DNA of 64,000 bases from Candidatus Poribacteria bacterium (GTDB taxonomy: Bacteria > Poribacteria > WGA-4E > PCPOR2b). A model generated the notes under the pieces. That model worked only from the letters and a program-made list of their open reading frames with translations. It ran no database searches and had not been told where the DNA came from. Location of the stretch: positions 4,064,001-4,128,000 of the forward strand of contig OZ242351.1 in assembly GCA_965208675.1 (NCBI GenBank). The letters are read 5' to 3'. The position numbers were made by a program, and so were the translations under genes. Below, piece after piece: positions 1 through 10,337 of this stretch (its first letter is position 1; each line of letters opens with the position of its first letter).

Positions 1-2
1 AT

Positions 3-956
3 AATGGAGAAAATCCATCGGCCGAGATTGCTGCCTGGAAAGACGCGGCACGACTTACCATTCCCGCCAATGGACGGCGCACCGACGTTTTTCGCATCTA
101 TGTTGGACCTAAGGAAGATAGCATCTTGAACAAGGTTACGCATCCCAATGCGCCTGATGAGCCGCTTAGATTGAACAAAATTATCGACCTTGGCTTTTTG
201 TGGCCGGTCGCTTGGGCGATGCTCTGGTTGCTTCGTGGACTCAATAGTATGATTGGAAATTATGGGATTTCAATCATTCTTTTGACCTTATTTACGAAAC
301 TGGCTGCCTACCCCCTCATCCGGAAGAGCTATAAGTCGATGAAGGAGATGCAGGAACTCCAGCCCTTACTTGCAGAATTAAAGGAGAAGTATAGAGACGA
401 CCCACAGAAGTTGAATCGTGCCACAATGCGATTATACAAAGAACACGGTGTCAATCCGCTAGGAGGTTGTATTCCTTGGTTACCGCAGTTGCCAATCCTT
501 TTCGCGTTATTCACGGTTTTTGGAAACGCGGTGGAGCTTCGTGGCGCCCCTTTCTGCTTATGGATGGACGATTTGTCTGGACCTGATACCTTGTTACCGT
601 TACCCTTTACGATTCCGCTGATTTTAACTCAGATTGATGCTATTCGATTTTTACCCATCATCTACGGTGTGACTACCTTGTTACAACAAAAAATGAACGC
701 GGGGGTTACGCCTATCGCAGATAATACTCAGGCAAAGATTATGCAGTTTATTCCCTTTATATTTGTGTTTATTCTTTATAATTGGTCATCGGGGTTAATT
801 CTTTATTGGACATGTAGTAACTTTTTTGAAATTGGACGGCACCTTTTAACTCAGCGCCGGAAATCAGATGAAACCGAACCTGTCAAAACCTTAACATCAG
901 GGAAACAATCAAAGCTAACAAAAAGGAGATCTCAACTCCAAAATCGAAGATCTTAA
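3..956 (+). CDS. yidC: Membrane protein insertase YidC (5'-truncated by window edge)
   Basis: Frame open from nt 3 (…FRIYVGPK…). Motifs GNYGISIILLT, SMKEMQELQP, LYKEHGVNPLGGCIP, GLILYW. Followed by jag and mnmE. Confidence 0.95.
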   Translation, partial: NGENPSAEIAAWKDAARLTIPANGRRTDVFRIYVGPKEDSILNKVTHPNAPDEPLRLNKIIDLGFLWPVAWAMLWLLRGLNSMIGNYGISIILLTLFTKLAAYPLIRKSYKSMKEMQELQPLLAELKEKYRDDPQKLNRATMRLYKEHGVNPLGGCIPWLPQLPILFALFTVFGNAVELRGAPFCLWMDDLSGPDTLLPLPFTIPLILTQIDAIRFLPIIYGVTTLLQQKMNAGVTPIADNTQAKIMQFIPFIFVFILYNWSSGLILYWTCSNFFEIGRHLLTQRRKSDETEPVKTLTSGKQSKLTKRRSQLQNRRS

Positions 957-1012
957 TTTAATCTACTATTATTATTGGGTCTCATATTGGGGTTTCGGGA
1001 AGACAAGGTACC

Positions 1013-1645
1013 GTGCAACAATATGTTGAAACGGAAGGCAAAACTACAGAAGAGGCTTTGGAACACGCACTTGAAAAACTCGATGTTAGCCGAGAACAAG
1101 TCAGTGTAAAAGTTATCCATGAAGCCACAAAGGGAATCTTAGGATTAGGCACGAAATTAGCCAAAATTCGTGCTACCGTAAAGGGCGGTATTACCCCAAC
1201 CCCGGAATCTGTGCTGCATGAACTGTTAACCCGTATGGGAGTCGAAGCAGAGATTGAAACCCGTAACATTGACGGTAACGTTCATCTCATAGTTAGTGCT
1301 GATACGCCTGGCTTATTAATTGGAAGACATGGGCAGACACTTAATGCAATAGAATACTTGGTCAACTGTATTTTGAACAAGTCATCTCTAGTTAAGAAGA
1401 GAGTTTTTGTTGATACAGAGGGGTACCGTGAACGTCGTGAAACTCTGCTTGTTGATTTGGCTAATCGAACTGCCGCCAAGGTAAAGCAAACAAACTTGGA
1501 GATTGTCCTAAATCCGATGACACCTCAGGATCGTCGGATTGTTCACGTCGCATTACAGTCGGACAATGGCGTTGGGACTTATAGCCGTGGAGAGGGCATG
1601 CTGCGGTGCGTCGTCGTCACGCCACACGAAAACCACGACCCATGA
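1013..1645 (+). CDS. jag: Jag/KhpB (EloR) RNA-binding protein, Jag_N-KH-R3H
   Basis: N-terminal EGKTTEEAL, KH motif LIGRHGQTLNA, R3H motif DRRIVH; yidC-jag-mnmE synteny. Confidence 0.93.
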   Translation: MQQYVETEGKTTEEALEHALEKLDVSREQVSVKVIHEATKGILGLGTKLAKIRATVKGGITPTPESVLHELLTRMGVEAEIETRNIDGNVHLIVSADTPGLLIGRHGQTLNAIEYLVNCILNKSSLVKKRVFVDTEGYRERRETLLVDLANRTAAKVKQTNLEIVLNPMTPQDRRIVHVALQSDNGVGTYSRGEGMLRCVVVTPHENHDP

Positions 1646-1654
1646 CATGGGGTT

Positions 1655-3040
1655 ATGATTCTATCAGATACGATTGCTGCAATTGCAACGCCGCGAGGCG
1701 AAGGCGGCATCGGGATTGTTAGGGTTAGTGGCTCCCTTGCTGTTCCTATCGCTTGTAAGATTTTCCGGTCACCACGACATACCTCGCCAGCCCAATTTTC
1801 AACCCATACGCTAAACTATGGGCGTGTTGTCCATCCCGTTTCAAAAGCTGTAATTGATGAAGTGATGCTGGGAATTATGTTGGCACCCAAATCTTATACG
1901 GCGGAGGACGTCGTTGAGTTTAACTGCCACGGAGGAGTCATTCCATTACAGCAAGTCCTCGAATTGACCCTGCAAGCGGGAGCGCGTCTTGCAGAACCGG
2001 GAGAATTCACCAAACGCGCCTTTCTCAATGAAAGGTTGGATCTTGCTCAAGCAGAGGCAGTTGTTGATATAATTCGATCCCAAACAGAACTCAATGCCCG
2101 CGTTGCTATGGATCTGCTGAGCGGCAAGCTATCCCAAGAAGTAAACACGCTCAGTGACCGGCTTGCGGACTTGCTCGCAGAAGTCGAAGCGTCAATTGAT
2201 TTTCCTGATGAAGACCTTGATTTTATTGATTTAGAGACGGTGCGGAAATCCGCTGAAGCCGTCCTCAAAGGGTTAAATCGCTTGATGGCGACCGCGTCGG
2301 ATGGTAAAATTTTGCGAGAAGGCGCCCGCGTCGCGATTCTCGGCAAGCCAAATGTTGGGAAATCAAGCTTACTTAACGCTTTGTTGGCGCAAGAACGGGC
2401 GATTGTCACGGAAATCCCCGGCACGACTCGGGATTCAATCGAAGAGCCGCTAAACCTACGCGGCATTCCGCTTAAGTTGATTGATACCGCAGGTATACAT
2501 CAGACTGAAGATGTTGTTGAACGCCAAGGCATAGTGCGTAGCAAATCCTATTTGGACGGTGCAGATTTACTTCTAGTGATGTTTGATGCTTCTCAACCGC
2601 TAACTGAAGCAGATGGGCAATTGTTAGATGCTGTCAACCGCCGTAATGCAATTTTCGTATTAAACAAAGTAGATTTGCCCTTAGTAACGACGATCGCAAA
2701 TCTTCAGACTTATGCTCCCCAGTATTCGATAGTTCAAACTTCCGTTTTGCATGGAGACGGTATTGAAGATTTGAAAACAGCGATTGTCAAGGAAATTCTC
2801 AAGGGACGAGAAACAATAAGCGACGGGCTGATTGTCACAAATCTTCGTCACTACGAGGCATTGCACCGAGCAAAAATTACACTTGAACAGGCGCGCGATA
2901 GCTTAGTTCGGGCACAGTCACATGATCTAATCGCGGTAGACTTGCGGACTAGTTTAGATTGCCTTGGTGAGATTGTTGGCAAAATAACAACCGAAGACAT
3001 TCTAGACCGAATTTTTTCGCAATTCTGCATCGGTAAATGA
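1655..3040 (+). CDS. mnmE: tRNA modification GTPase MnmE (TrmE)
   Basis: DTIAAIATP, GKPNVGKSS, GTTRD, DTAG, NKVD and C-terminal FCIGK. Confidence 0.97.
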   Translation: MILSDTIAAIATPRGEGGIGIVRVSGSLAVPIACKIFRSPRHTSPAQFSTHTLNYGRVVHPVSKAVIDEVMLGIMLAPKSYTAEDVVEFNCHGGVIPLQQVLELTLQAGARLAEPGEFTKRAFLNERLDLAQAEAVVDIIRSQTELNARVAMDLLSGKLSQEVNTLSDRLADLLAEVEASIDFPDEDLDFIDLETVRKSAEAVLKGLNRLMATASDGKILREGARVAILGKPNVGKSSLLNALLAQERAIVTEIPGTTRDSIEEPLNLRGIPLKLIDTAGIHQTEDVVERQGIVRSKSYLDGADLLLVMFDASQPLTEADGQLLDAVNRRNAIFVLNKVDLPLVTTIANLQTYAPQYSIVQTSVLHGDGIEDLKTAIVKEILKGRETISDGLIVTNLRHYEALHRAKITLEQARDSLVRAQSHDLIAVDLRTSLDCLGEIVGKITTEDILDRIFSQFCIGK

Positions 3041-3056
3041 TATGGAGGGTGCTTAG

Positions 3057-3308
3057 ATGTTGGGACCGCAGCAGTTGTGGTGTCCTCGTTGCAAGCGGTA
3101 CGTGGACACTAAACAAAAGCAAAACAAAGCGGGGAGACATGGTAAATTAGTGAAAATTGTCACGACTTGTGGAAGATGTCGGACAACTTTAAGCAGTAAG
3201 ACAACTAGCACTCAAGTGGTTGAACAGATTCAAGCCAAAACGGTTACAGAGCAAATGCCAAGTGATTCAGTAAGGGAAGAAACTGAGAAAAACGGGGATG
3301 AATCTTGA
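3057..3308 (+). CDS. Small zinc-ribbon-like protein
   Basis: GGAGG SD upstream; CPRC…CGRC cysteine pairs; starts 16 nt after mnmE. Confidence 0.6.
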   Translation: MLGPQQLWCPRCKRYVDTKQKQNKAGRHGKLVKIVTTCGRCRTTLSSKTTSTQVVEQIQAKTVTEQMPSDSVREETEKNGDES

Positions 3309-3624
3309 CCAATCGACCACAGGCAATTGGAATTCCAAATGTGATTAGGAGGTATCAGAGGAGGTTTGGGGGTTTATTCAATCCGTACCCCGATTCAATA
3401 CCCGATTTGACTCCAGCAATACGCCGATTTTGCACCTAAGAAGGATGCAACCTAACCCGAATGCTTTTCAAATTTCGTCCTGTCGAATTTGAGATAAATT
3501 AAACATGGAACTAGTTTCGCGTGCCGACGCCAATTTTGGAACTTTGCTTACATAGTTTGGGTGAGGTAAACAATGATACGTTTTATCCTATAATTAACAA
3601 TCCGAATATCAAAGGAGATTACAG

Positions 3625-4524
3625 ATGTTAAATCGTACTTGGAAGCAGAATCAGCTATCGGTGTTGGTTATCCTGATGTTTACCGCCGCTGCCTATCCGC
3701 TTGCCTTTGCATCAACCGAGATTAAGTGGGAAAAGTCAATTGAAAAGGGAATGATGGAAGCCCAAGAATCAGGTAAACCCATTATGATGGATTTTTACAC
3801 AGAATGGTGAGGTTCCTGTAAGCGGCTGGATGCCACTACGTTTAGCGATTCAAAAGTTGTTGAACTGTCAAAAAAGTTTGTTACCTTGAAGTTGAATCCG
3901 GAGTCAAGTGATGAGCACGCTGAAGCTTACAGGACATACGGAGATGGATCAGGTGCCGTACCAACTATTGCATTCGTTGACACTGAAGGGAATCCCATCA
4001 GTGTTATCGTTGGTTACCGAGATGCAAAGCAATTTGCCGAGCTTATGGAAGGAACTCTCAAGGAGGAAGAACGGTTCCAGCAACTGAAAACTGAAATCAA
4101 AGAAAAACCAGATGCCCCGATGATTAATGCTGAAATTGCAATCATCTATGTCAAGCGGGGAAACTTTGAGAAAGGCAAACCTATCGCCGATAAGGTTCTT
4201 AAGCTAGATTCAAAGAACACCACCGGTTTGTTGCCGGAAATCCACCTCAACCTAGGATTACATTACGCAACGCATGCTGATGGTGAAAACGCGGAAGATT
4301 TTTATCGAAATGCGGAGACGCACTTTCAAACGGTCATCGAAAAGTACGCACAAAGCGCAGTTTTTGAGCAGGCTAAGTATCACCTGAGCTTAACCTATGC
4401 ACTTCAACAAAGGTATCAACAAGCAATCGAAATTCTTGTAACTTTGAGCGATTCTGAGGACGAAGACATTAAGGCAAGTGCTGCTGTTTTGTTAGATCGC
4501 ATCAAAACATTCATAAATGAGTAG
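3625..4524 (+). CDS. Exported thioredoxin-fold selenoprotein (WUGSC) with C-terminal TPR-like helices, ~299 aa
   Basis: ORFs 3625-3810 and 3886-4524 are in one frame, separated only by TGA 3808-3810. Read-through gives DFYTEW-U-GSCKRLD, the thioredoxin CxxC position. AAGGAG SD, signal peptide, cis-Pro 'VPT' motif. Confidence 0.9.
3818..3839 (+). promoter_or_regulatory. Putative bacterial SECIS hairpin
   Basis: GUAAGCGGC-UGGAU-GCCACUAC stem-loop with one bulge and one mismatch. The G-containing apical loop begins 16 nt after the UGA. Confidence 0.6.
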
Positions 4525-4544
4525 CCTGTACTAACGTCACAAAC

Positions 4545-5294
4545 CTAAGACCCCTGATGATCCCGTGTCAGTTGTGATGCGGGCGTATTGTCGTTCTGCA
4601 GCGCTTGAACTTCTGCTGGCGTTAGCATTCGGTACTTTCCAAGTGTGAGTTGCCCTAGCTTGAGGCTTCCTACCTGCACCCGTTTCAGCTCAATCACCTT
4701 GTGCCCCACTGCCTTGAACATACGGCGAATTTGCCGTTTTTTGCCTTCATGAATGACAAGTTTGAATTGAGTTGATTCTCCTTTACACCCAATTTGAACT
4801 ACAATCGCAGGCGCGGTGCAGCCGCCTACAATCTCAATCCCATCGCGCAATTGCTGAATTGCTTGTTGGCTTGGTTGACGCTCCACTTGTGCGATATAAG
4901 TTTTCTTCACTTCATGGCTAGGATGAGTCAACCGATATGCGAACGCGCCGTCATTGGTCATGAGTAGAAGCCCCGCTGTATCTAAGTCCAACCGTCCCAC
5001 CGGATAAATGTCTTGCGAAATGCCGCGCACAAGTTCCATGACAGTTGCACGGCCACGCTCATCGCTGCGGGTTGTTAGGTACCCCGCGGGTTTGTTAAGC
5101 ATCAAGTAAACCTTCTGTGGGTTTCCCTCTACCCGGCTGCCATCAAACTTAATTGTGTCCCGCCCCGCAACTATATGTCTACCGGGAACCCGGATACACT
5201 CATCGTTGACTGTTACCCGCCCCGCTTGAATGTACTTTTTCGAGTTGCGTCGAGAGGCAATGCCGCATTCAGCAAGGAATTTTTCAAGACGCAT
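4545..5294 (-). CDS. RsuA/RluB-family rRNA pseudouridine synthase with S4 domain
   Basis: MRLEKFLA…SRR S4 start, LNKPAG, catalytic GRLD, HEGKKRQIRRM. Confidence 0.92.
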   Translation of the reverse strand: MRLEKFLAECGIASRRNSKKYIQAGRVTVNDECIRVPGRHIVAGRDTIKFDGSRVEGNPQKVYLMLNKPAGYLTTRSDERGRATVMELVRGISQDIYPVGRLDLDTAGLLLMTNDGAFAYRLTHPSHEVKKTYIAQVERQPSQQAIQQLRDGIEIVGGCTAPAIVVQIGCKGESTQFKLVIHEGKKRQIRRMFKAVGHKVIELKRVQVGSLKLGQLTLGKYRMLTPAEVQALQNDNTPASQLTRDHQGS

Positions 5295-5342
5295 GGATAT
5301 GCACAAATGCCATTGAATGAATTAAGGGATTGGAGATGTTGC

Positions 5343-6017
5343 CTACCGAGTAAAGCCTAATTTATCGTGAAACTGTTCAATTCGCCAGCCATTAGCAGTA
5401 GCAATTCGGCGCAATTTCCCATCGGGATTGACGGCGACTGGATGACCGACCAGTTGAAGCTTGTGTGCGTCGGAGTAGTGGTTCCCATAGGCATAGGATT
5501 GGCTCAAGTCGAATCCGTGTTCCTTCGCAATTTGCTGGACTAAAATCGCCTTGTTTTCACCATAACAATTTCTTCCGATTCGACGACCGGTGAAATTCCC
5601 GTTTACAACTTCCAACACATTCCCAATCATCATATCCGTCTGCAAGTAATCGTGAAACAATCTGATTAAAATCTCTAGAGATCCTGATAGGATAATCACC
5701 CTTCGCCCCTCCGCCCGATGAAATTCAATGCGCTCAAAAACTCGTGGAGAGATGCTATTGATGAGACGTTCAGCAACGCAAAGCTGCGCCATTTCACAAA
5801 TGTGTTGGTAGTCTAGCCCGCGCAAATAGACTTTGTTGGCTTTCGATTCGCGCAAATTTCTAGACTTGATAAAATGGGCAGTCCAACGCAACAAGTTACC
5901 CAGCGGAATTTCACCATTCGCCAACAGGAAATTAAGGAAAACTCTCTCAGAAGAGTGATTGATGATAGTCCCATCTAAATCGAAAATGGCGCAAGTACGC
6001 ATGGAAATAACTCGCAA
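5343..6017 (-). CDS. HAD-IB family hydrolase (SerB-like)
   Basis: FDLDGT, LSGS, K, AYGNHYSD…VNPD motifs. Confidence 0.88.
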   Translation of the reverse strand: MRVISMRTCAIFDLDGTIINHSSERVFLNFLLANGEIPLGNLLRWTAHFIKSRNLRESKANKVYLRGLDYQHICEMAQLCVAERLINSISPRVFERIEFHRAEGRRVIILSGSLEILIRLFHDYLQTDMMIGNVLEVVNGNFTGRRIGRNCYGENKAILVQQIAKEHGFDLSQSYAYGNHYSDAHKLQLVGHPVAVNPDGKLRRIATANGWRIEQFHDKLGFTR

Positions 6018-6105
6018 AATAGACGCTGGGCGTTATATGATTGTGTATACGTAAATTTCTAATGCTGATGATGTGTCAGCGTTGCACCCATCAGTCTAAA
6101 GTGCA

Positions 6106-6831
6106 TTAGGCTTCTAACTGTCCCAATGCTGCTCGATAGTCTTTAACTGCTTGTCGGATGCCGACGTAAAGGGCATGAGAGATTAGATGGTGGCCGATAG
6201 AAACCTCCAACAAGCCCGGTAATTTCCGCATCCGTGGCAGATTGTCTAAATTGAGATCGTGACCGGCATTTATACCTAACCCCAAACTGGCTGCCTTTTC
6301 CGCAGATTTAGCCAACAAGTTAAACTCAGCTTCAAACTCCTGCTCAGACTCTGCCGAAGCGTAAGGGGCGGTGTACAACTCGATTCGGTCAGCGCCGACT
6401 TCCTTCGCTAATTCAATCTGGTTCAGATTTGTACCGCTGAACAAACTTACGCGAATCCCTACATCTTTCAGACGTTGAATCACCGGCCTGAGTTGCTCTC
6501 CATCTTTCGCCAAATCCCAGACATGGTGGCTTGTAACTTCTCCCGGTACGACAGGTACGAGTGTGCATTGATCGGGGCGAAGTTCCATGACCATATTGAG
6601 CAAGTCGGGTCTTGGGTCGCCTTCAATATTGTATTCAATCGTGACCATCTCAGCAATCTCGTAAACATCATTCGGCGTTATATGCCGCTTGTCTGCTCTT
6701 GGGTGAACCGTGATGCCTTGCGCACCAGCAGTGATGCAGGTCTGGACGGCTTTAGGCAAATTTGGGATATCCCCGCCTCTCGCATTTCTTAATGTCGCAA
6801 ATTTATTTACGTTTACACTCAAGTTAATCAT
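6106..6831 (-). CDS. pdxJ: Pyridoxine 5'-phosphate synthase
   Basis: LSVNVNKFATLRNARG, GITVHPRAD.RHI, NAGHDL, EVSIGH. Confidence 0.96.
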   Translation of the reverse strand: MINLSVNVNKFATLRNARGGDIPNLPKAVQTCITAGAQGITVHPRADKRHITPNDVYEIAEMVTIEYNIEGDPRPDLLNMVMELRPDQCTLVPVVPGEVTSHHVWDLAKDGEQLRPVIQRLKDVGIRVSLFSGTNLNQIELAKEVGADRIELYTAPYASAESEQEFEAEFNLLAKSAEKAASLGLGINAGHDLNLDNLPRMRKLPGLLEVSIGHHLISHALYVGIRQAVKDYRAALGQLEA

Positions 6832-6911
6832 CCTCTATTGCCTCCATCATCTCTAATCCATCCTCGGTGAATTTGGTCGTAATTTCCATAATCCCCAGAT
6901 AATTCCCCGCA

Positions 6912-8036
6912 TCACCGCAGGTACATCAGTTTGTCAATTGCCTTCAACCCTGTACCTGTGAGAATTGATACCGTTAGGTCACCTTCGCTGATAATTCCAC
7001 CCGCCGCAAATTTGTTGAATGCTCCGACGACGACGGCCGAAGTAGGTTCAACGAGGATGCCATATGCTGCAAGGACTTTAATTCCATCAACTAACTCTTC
7101 GTCGTCGACAATCGTAAATGCGCCATTTGTCTCACTGATTGCCTTCAAAATCCTTTGTGTTCGAATTGGCAACTCTGATGTAATGCCTTCGGCTAGTGTC
7201 TCTTGTGTCTGCGGAAACCGCTCAATTTGATTCTTATTTTCAGCATAAGCTTTGTAAATCGGATGGCAGGCAGCAGATTGTACGCCGAGCAAACTTGGTA
7301 ATCTGGGGATGATTTTCTGATCGTATAGCTCTCGGAACCCAATGTACAAGCCCAAGTAAATGCTTCCATATCCCACCGGACAAATGACCTGGTTGGGCGC
7401 TTTCCAACCAAGTTGTTCGACGATCTCAAAAGCAACCGTCTTTGTCCCTTCTAGGAAGAAGGGATTCCAGTTATGCGAAGCATAGTAAGTTGTTTCTGCG
7501 GTTCGAAGCACAGCTTTCGTTGTTGCCGATCGGTTTCCTTCAATCAGTTTCAACTTTGCACCGTACAGTGCAATTTGTGATAGCTTTCCTATTGATGTCG
7601 ACGCGGGGCAGTGGATGGTACAGTCGATTCCGGCGCGCGCACTGTATGCGGCTATCGCAGCGCCGGCGTTACCCGAAGAATCCTCGACGATTTTTCCTAT
7701 GCCGAGTTCTCTGATTTTAGACAATAGGACCGACGCTCCTCTATCTTTGTATGAACCCGTCGGAGAAACGAAGTCCAATTTTAGGTGATGGTTATAGGGG
7801 GATTGATTTAACGCTACAAGTGGCGTCATTCCTTCCCCGAATGAGACGACCGATGAATCATCAATGATTGGAATCGCCTCACGATAACGCCAGAGCGTGT
7901 TGTCACGCTGGGAAATTTTGTTGATTGGGAATGAAACTGCACTATTTCTTAGTTCAAGCGGTTGCCCGCAATCGCATCTGTACAGAATAGCGTCAATTGG
8001 ATATGTTTTACCGCATCGGTTGCAGAGGTATTCCAT
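6912..8036 (-). CDS. thrC: Threonine synthase-like PLP enzyme
   Basis: N-terminal CxxC…CxC, GEGMTPL, PTGSYKDRG (PLP lysine), SSGNAG, EPTSA. Confidence 0.8.
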   Translation of the reverse strand: MEYLCNRCGKTYPIDAILYRCDCGQPLELRNSAVSFPINKISQRDNTLWRYREAIPIIDDSSVVSFGEGMTPLVALNQSPYNHHLKLDFVSPTGSYKDRGASVLLSKIRELGIGKIVEDSSGNAGAAIAAYSARAGIDCTIHCPASTSIGKLSQIALYGAKLKLIEGNRSATTKAVLRTAETTYYASHNWNPFFLEGTKTVAFEIVEQLGWKAPNQVICPVGYGSIYLGLYIGFRELYDQKIIPRLPSLLGVQSAACHPIYKAYAENKNQIERFPQTQETLAEGITSELPIRTQRILKAISETNGAFTIVDDEELVDGIKVLAAYGILVEPTSAVVVGAFNKFAAGGIISEGDLTVSILTGTGLKAIDKLMYLR

Positions 8037-8094
8037 CGCAGGTTCAAATTTAGACTATTGGCTGTCCGCATTGTGCTCGCGTAGCTGCGGTGCA

Positions 8095-9213
8095 TTAAGC
8101 ATCACGCTTTTCGTTCTGAATTTGTTGTGCAGCCTCTAACAACGCGGCAGCTAGAAACTGGGGATTAACCTCATCCTTTCCGCGGAATGTCCTTACTTTC
8201 TCGCCGCGCACCTTAAGTACTGCGAGTTCTTTACCGCCTAAGTGAATTCCAGCTTCTGCATTACGCGTCTCTCCGGGGCCATTGACTTCACATCCCATGA
8301 CCGCAACCGGAATCTTGATCCCGTGAGTTTCTAATAACGCCTCTGCAGCAGCGACTATCCCTTCATAATCCGCGAGTGGATCGCCTCTTCCACAAAACGG
8401 GCACGAAACAACATCCAAAATATTATCCGCTAATCCCAATGTGCGAAGTAACTCCTTCGCCGTTAGAACTTCTTCGACGGGGTCGCCCGTTATCGAAATT
8501 CGAATTGTATCGCCAATACCCTCCAATAACAGCGTGCCGATGCCGAGCGTGGATTTGACATGTGCGCGGCGAGGCGTTCCAGCTTCTGTCACACCGAGAT
8601 GCAGTGGATACTCCACCCTTCCGGAGAGCAGCCGGTTCGCCTTTATCATTCTTCGTGGATCACTCGATTTAACGGAAATAGCGATATTCGTAAAACCGTG
8701 GTCTTCGCAAATTTTAACGTGCCGCATCGCGCTTTCGACAAGTGCTTCTGCTGTAGGCGAGGGATATTTGTCAAGCAGGTCTTTTTCCAACGATCCTTCG
8801 TTGACTCCAATGCGGATTGGGATATGCGCGGCATTCGCTGCTGAGAGCACTTGGGCGATTCGCGTTTCATTTCCGATGTTCCCAGGATTTATTCGAACTT
8901 TGGCAACATTCGCGTCAACAGCCGCGAGGGCGTACCTATAGTTGAAGTGAATATCTGCAACAATCGGTACAGAAGCGCGTTTGACGATTGTGGAGAGTGC
9001 GTTGGCATCTCTCTCTTCAGGAATCGCGACTCGCACAATTTGCGCCCCGGCTTCCACACACCGTTCGACTTGGCGTGAGGTAGCGTCTCTGTCATACGTC
9101 AGGGTAGTCGTCATCGTTTGTATCGAAATCGGATTCCCGTTACCGATTAATACGTCCCCAACATGTACTTGCCGCGTGGGTTTTCGATTGCCAATTGGTG
9201 ATAAATCTTCCAT
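8095..9213 (-). CDS. ispG: HMBPP synthase (GcpE)
   Basis: VADIHF, RINPGN, RIGVNEGSL, HLGVTEAG, GDTIRIS, CPFCGR…GCEVNGPGE. Confidence 0.96.
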   Translation of the reverse strand: MEDLSPIGNRKPTRQVHVGDVLIGNGNPISIQTMTTTLTYDRDATSRQVERCVEAGAQIVRVAIPEERDANALSTIVKRASVPIVADIHFNYRYALAAVDANVAKVRINPGNIGNETRIAQVLSAANAAHIPIRIGVNEGSLEKDLLDKYPSPTAEALVESAMRHVKICEDHGFTNIAISVKSSDPRRMIKANRLLSGRVEYPLHLGVTEAGTPRRAHVKSTLGIGTLLLEGIGDTIRISITGDPVEEVLTAKELLRTLGLADNILDVVSCPFCGRGDPLADYEGIVAAAEALLETHGIKIPVAVMGCEVNGPGETRNAEAGIHLGGKELAVLKVRGEKVRTFRGKDEVNPQFLAAALLEAAQQIQNEKRDA

Positions 9214-9371
9214 AGGTTTTTTGGCTTTTAAAATCCTTTTAGACTGAAAGATTTTGTCTCTTGCAAAACATCCCTAACCGCTAAATTAAATATAGGCAAA
9301 ATCGCTATTGTTTCGAATCAGGTGAAATTCCAGTACACTTTAAAGGCTCAATTCGTTCTAGGATAATGCGT

Positions 9372-10337
9372 TCATACGGATATCGGAATACCTTCTTGTG
9401 CCGACTGGTTTGCAGCGAGCGAAATTGCAAGGCTTTTGACAGCGTCACTATATGAGCTGAGAATTTGAGATCCATCGCATCGGAAAACAGCATCAACAAA
9501 CACTTCATCAATCCTTGGTCCAGGTGCTTGTTTGGTGACGCTTTGCCCATTTTCCTTCACCTGCACGCTGTCGGCATCCCAATGGACAATCCGGTCGTCA
9601 TACAGTATGTCTAGCACGTTGGCGTGTGACCAGTCGTTCGGATCATACGACCAAGAAGCCGTCAGCGATCCAATGGCGCCATTTTTGAAATTTAATATCA
9701 CACAATTGTTGTCGGGGCAATCTATATCCTTCAAAATGCGATTTGTCTGCACGGCATAGACTTCGTCCACTTCTCCGGCTAGATAGCGCATCATATCAAT
9801 TGTATGTGTTGTTTGCTCGACCAACTGTCCACCCGAACGACTCATCTGATGAAGCCAACTGCCTGGGGCACCGCGTCCGGTGCCGCTCCAGTATTTTCCA
9901 ACGACCATATTTACAATTTTGCCATCAAGTATATGACGCGCCAGCTGTGTCGATCCCAGGTACCTCAATTGATAGCCAACGCAGGAAATTACTCCGGCAG
10001 CAACTACTGCCTCCTCAATCTGTTTCGCAATCTCCATGTTGATTGCAACAGGTTTTTCGACAAAAAACGGAAGTTTGCGTTCGATGATATCTAGCTCAGG
10101 CTGACCATGCGCAAACACGGGTAGACTCACATAAACAGCATCAAGAGTTTCGCTTTCTAGCATTGTTATATGGTCGGTATAAGGATTCGCGTTATAGCTC
10201 GCAGCAGAACTGACAGCACGAGCTGTCTCAATGTCGCAGGTTGCAACAATCCGGACATTCTCCATGTTGGACAACTGTTGCAGGTGTCCATTCGCATTAC
10301 CGCCGCAACCGATAAAGCCAATTTTAACTTTTTCCAC
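9372..10337 (-). CDS. Gfo/Idh/MocA family oxidoreductase
   Basis: IGFIGCG Rossmann motif, EKP, GG…HTID. Start re-placed at GTG 10337 behind an AAGGGG SD. Confidence 0.9.
   Translation of the reverse strand: MEKVKIGFIGCGGNANGHLQQLSNMENVRIVATCDIETARAVSSAASYNANPYTDHITMLESETLDAVYVSLPVFAHGQPELDIIERKLPFFVEKPVAINMEIAKQIEEAVVAAGVISCVGYQLRYLGSTQLARHILDGKIVNMVVGKYWSGTGRGAPGSWLHQMSRSGGQLVEQTTHTIDMMRYLAGEVDEVYAVQTNRILKDIDCPDNNCVILNFKNGAIGSLTASWSYDPNDWSHANVLDILYDDRIVHWDADSVQVKENGQSVTKQAPGPRIDEVFVDAVFRCDGSQILSSYSDAVKSLAISLAANQSAQEGIPISV

Noticed and set aside
1-3620. Possible oriC near yidC-jag-mnmE
   Set aside because: No cluster of TTATCCACA-type DnaA boxes was seen in the intergenic DNA.
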